Shown piece by piece: positions 59,898 to 64,000 of a DNA stretch of 64,000 nucleotides; position 1 is the stretch's first letter; every line of letters begins with the position of its first letter. The notes under the pieces are model-generated. The model did not search any database. It saw only the letters and a list, made by a program, of their open reading frames with translations, and was not told where the DNA came from. Source of the stretch: Octopus vulgaris (Eukaryota). The translations under genes and the position numbers were made by a program. The DNA is taken from assembly GCA_951406725.2 (NCBI GenBank), contig OX597822.1:48546001-48610000 (forward strand), written 5' to 3'.

Positions 59898-60310
59898 TAT
59901 CTTTTATCTTTTGCTGGTATCAGTCATTCGACTGTGGCCATGCTGGGGCATCGCCTTGAAGAGTTTGATCCAACAAATCTACACCTTGTACTTATTCTTA
60001 AACGCGCTACCTTATTCTATCGGTTTCTTTCGCCGAACCGCTAAGTTACGGAGGGTGGGTGGGGAGGGGGCGTAAACAAACCGATACCAGTTGCCAAGCG
60101 GTAGTATGGGACACATACAACACGAAGACACACGTGCGCACGCGCGTATATGTTTATGAGGAACTTCCACGCAGTTTCCGTCCACCAGATTCGCACAGAA
60201 GGCTTTTGTCGATCCGAGGCCATAGTAGAAGACATTTGCCCATGGTGCTGCGCAGTGGGACCGAACCTGAAACGACATCGTTGCAAAACCGGGCTTCTTA
60301 ATCACACAAC
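59898..60310 (-). mobile_element. SINE family A
   Basis: Reverse-complement match. Confidence 0.8.
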
Positions 60311-60682
60311 CTTCTGATCCTGCAAACTTAGAATCAAATGCAGTCCAGTCATGACCATCACGTCTATTTAAAATACTTATGAATTCAGTAGTTAAATTGT
60401 TTTTCCTTTACAAAGGCAGTAGGGTATGATTTGAGGGACATTTGACTGCTGTTTCTAGAACAATGTACTACTGAGTAGAGGTTCAAAGTATTTGGTTGTG
60501 AGGGTGGGAAGAGTGAATGAGGGGGAGAGGACGTAGTAGTGGTGGGAGGAGTAAAAGTAACAAAAACTTAAGAAGTATGTATTTGACAGTGTGTATATAC
60601 GGGTGCGTATGTATGTGTGTATATTATATGATGTGGGAATGTAGACAGATAGACCGATAGATAGGCAGACAGACAGACAGAC

Positions 60683-60752
<70 letters not shown>

Positions 60753-60879
60753 GAATAGACAGACCGATATATAGATAAATAAAGAGACAGAGGGGTGAGG
60801 GAAAAAAATTGGGAAAATACAAGAAAGTTTGTGAAAAAAATGGAAGTAAAGATAAATCGAATGAAAGCAAGGAAAAGGG

Positions 60880-60930
<51 letters not shown>

Positions 60931-61259
60931 GAGAAGGGATAAAAAGTGCGAAGGAAGAAATTTAGAACGCACAAAAAAGAAGCGTACGAAAACAAATGAA
61001 GTAATGAAAGAAAATCACGAGAGAAAAGAAAATTGAAGAACGAGAAAAAAACGCGAAAGAGAAAAGACATTGCAGGAAAGATAAAAAGAGCAACATTGTA
61101 ATAGAGATATAAGGAAGGGGGAGGAAGGGGAGGAGTAGTAAGGGATATAAGAGAATAAAAGGAGTAGAAGTGGGAGGAAGGAGTTGCAGGAGATTTATGA
61201 CCGGTGGATGGAGGTAGTGGTAGTGGTGGGAGAAGGCTTCATGGATCACTCTACTTGGG

Positions 61260-61456
61260 CCACTCCTCCTTCTCCCCCTCGTTGCCTGCTGCTCTGTCGT
61301 CTGCATAGTTCTTACTCCGTCTTTTCCCTCTCTCCCCCTCTCTCTACTGTCTTTCTTTTAACTACGGTGCGCTCTCTATCTTTTTCTATGTATCTATCGT
61401 CAAGCTATCGACGTCCCCCTTCTTTTCATTCTCGCTCACACCTTCTTCTCTCACAC

Positions 61457-61493
<37 letters not shown>

Positions 61494-61768
61494 TGACGCT
61501 TTGCTTCACTCTCGCTTCTTCCCTCTTTCCATACATTTTCATTCTTTTTTTCATTCTCCTACTCCCTCTATCTTACTACCACCGCAACCCCTACCAATAT
61601 TTACACACACACACACCCGGATGTTACTCCCTCTCTCTCTCTTTCCTCCCCTTCACTGTTCTACCTGACCTTTTTGTATTTCTTCATCTTTTTCTTTATC
61701 TCTTTCTTATTCGCTAGTTTCTTCCTTCTCTATTTCTTCACTTTCAATCTACCGCCATTCCCCCACCA

Positions 61769-61825
<57 letters not shown>

Positions 61826-62205
61826 CCACCACCTGTCATTCACGTCTTACTCCGCCATTTCCCCATTTTCTTTCTTTCTCTCTCTGTTTATCTTATTCCC
61901 CACCCCGACCGGGCAACCACTTTTCACTCTTATTCTCTTTTTCTTTCTATCTTTCTCCCTGTCAACCGTGTCCCGTCACCGTGATTTTTCCCTTCGTCGT
62001 GTTTACTTTCTCGTTTTTTCCCCCTCTTCTTTCTGCACACACAAACACACAAACACACACACACACACACTACACTACCTATCTCTCTTCCGTTGTCATT
62101 CATCTCTCAGCACTGCTTCCACCACCTCAATGCTAATACTCTTTAGTCTTTCTTTCTTCCTGTCTTTCTTTCACCTTTCTTTTTTTCTTTCTCAATCTAT
62201 CTTCT

Positions 62206-62250
<45 letters not shown>

Positions 62251-62324
62251 GCGTAAACTGTCCCCTTAATTTCGTTTTCTTTCACGGATTTTCCTTCATC
62301 GTTAAAATGAAAAAATAACACACA

Positions 62325-62356
<32 letters not shown>

Positions 62357-63400
62357 CACACTATCTCTCCCTCTCCCTCACCCCTTCTCTCTCTTTCTCT
62401 CTTTATCTATCTCAGCACAAATATGAAAATTTCTGAACATATAGGGTGTTCACGGTCGGAATGTCTTTCATCATAGTTTTGTCTAATCAGAGTTGACCCT
62501 GGGCTATACAACAGACCTCCCCCACCCACATTTTTAATCAATGTTTGTCTCTGCTATCCTCCTCCCCTTCTCCAATATTTTACGACCACTTTACCTTCTT
62601 ACTCTCTATCTCTCTCTCTCTCTCTCTCTCCCACTCCGTCTTATGTTTCCATCAGTCTCTCACACTTGCTGTCCTTACTCTCTATATTATTTTACTATTT
62701 CTTCTTTCTACATTTCTGTCTCTCTCTCTTTTTTCTTTCGTCCATCTTTGACTCTTTCTTTTCTACCTTCTCATAATTCTGTGACGATCACTCATTCTCT
62801 TTACACAGATTCCTTCACTCTCCTTCTCTCTCTCTCTCTCTCTCTCGCTCTTTTCCTCTCTACACATTATTTATCCTGTTTCTTCTTTTCCGTTGCTTTC
62901 TCACTACAGTATCGTTACTTTCACTTTCCCAACACTTTTCCCCTCTTTCTTTCTTTCTCTTTTCCCCCTCTCTGTCTACTCTCCTTGTAATATCACTCTG
63001 CTCTCCTTCTACTCTCTCTCTTTTCACCTCACTCTCCCCCTGCCGCTCTGCCTCCTCTCGCTTTCTTTTTCCATCCTTCACTCTCTTTTTCGTTTTTTCT
63101 TTCTCTTTCTCTTTCCACTGCTCCCTAAAAGCTTTTTCTACCTCACCCTTCTCTCCACTTCTCTCTCTCTCTCCCTTTCTATCTCTCTCTCTCTTCTTGC
63201 TAAACGATCATTCACCCCCTCTCCACGTCTCTGCCTTACTTCACAACGCTCTTCTCTTATTCTCTTCCTTTCACCGCTACCCACTTGTTACTCCAAATCT
63301 AACAGCAACTCCTACCCTCTCTCATTCTCTCTCCCACTCACTGTCAATCTGTCTCTCTCTTTCTGTGTCGCTACTCCCACTCCGTCTGTCACTCTACTTA
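61260..63400. repeat. ~2-kb pyrimidine-rich (CT) low-complexity region
   Basis: Direct. Confidence 0.85.
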
Positions 63401-63689
63401 CAACGTATGGCGCTTGTTACACTGCTGGAAATTCGTGTGTATATGTGTGTGTATGTAAATATATATGTGCGTGTGTGTATGTCCGGGTATGTACCTTTGT
63501 ACGTATTATATGTGTGTGTGTGTGTGTGTGTGTGTATGAGAGGGAGTGTGCGAGGGTATATATGGTTGTTACTTTTAATTATATCAATATATAAAAATAT
63601 ATATATCAATATATATATACATATATATATATAGACATATATACATATGCACAGAGAGAGGGAGAGAGAGATAGAGAGAGAGCAAGAGA

Positions 63690-63850
63690 CCAGGCACGGC
63701 TGTGTGATTAAGGCGTTCCCTACGAAAACATAAGGTCCCGGGATCGATCCCACTGCATGGCATGTCGGGCAAATACGTTTGTTCTAGTCTTGAGTCTTCC
63801 AGGTTGTGTGTCGGAATTTTAGTTGGTGGAAACTGTACGGAAGCCTGTCA
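63690..63850 (+). mobile_element. SINE family A 5' part, diverged
   Basis: GGCTGTGTG...GGGATCGATCCCACTGC...GGTGGAAACTG..GAAGCCTGTC. Confidence 0.65.
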
Positions 63851-64000
63851 GAATACTTGTAGCTGTAACTTAAACGTCCTGTCGTATCACGGTTACGATG
63901 GTTTTGAGTGCATTAATGAGCCACTTGACTGCGAGATACTCGGCCACTCGCAACGCTAATGCAAAAAGTATATCATGTACTTGATGTAGGCTCATAAGTC

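Overview
Eukaryotic, AT-rich, repeat-saturated DNA with no host protein-coding exon I can support. The SINE families and extreme microsatellite load resemble octopus/coleoid cephalopod genomes (inference). Nearly all ORFs in the track are translated microsatellites. The real content is: many tRNA-headed SINEs; 5'-truncated RLE-type (R4/Dong-like) LINEs stacked in (TAA)n tracts; CR1/L2-, RTE- and L1/Tx1-like LINE relics; a full-length decayed Tc1 element with DD36E spacing; mariner relics and MITEs; and Penelope-like (PLE) terminal-repeat fragments. The most notable signal is a dense set of minimal type I hammerhead ribozyme motifs: six with an intact core and about seven degenerate. One sits in a tRNA-headed ~400-nt repeat whose (TAA)n spacer is itself a LINE insertion site, three lie in a foldback/tandem unit at 28.4-28.9 kb, and two have long helix II. 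All RNA folds were done by eye, and repeat boundaries are approximate unless TIRs or helices are quoted.
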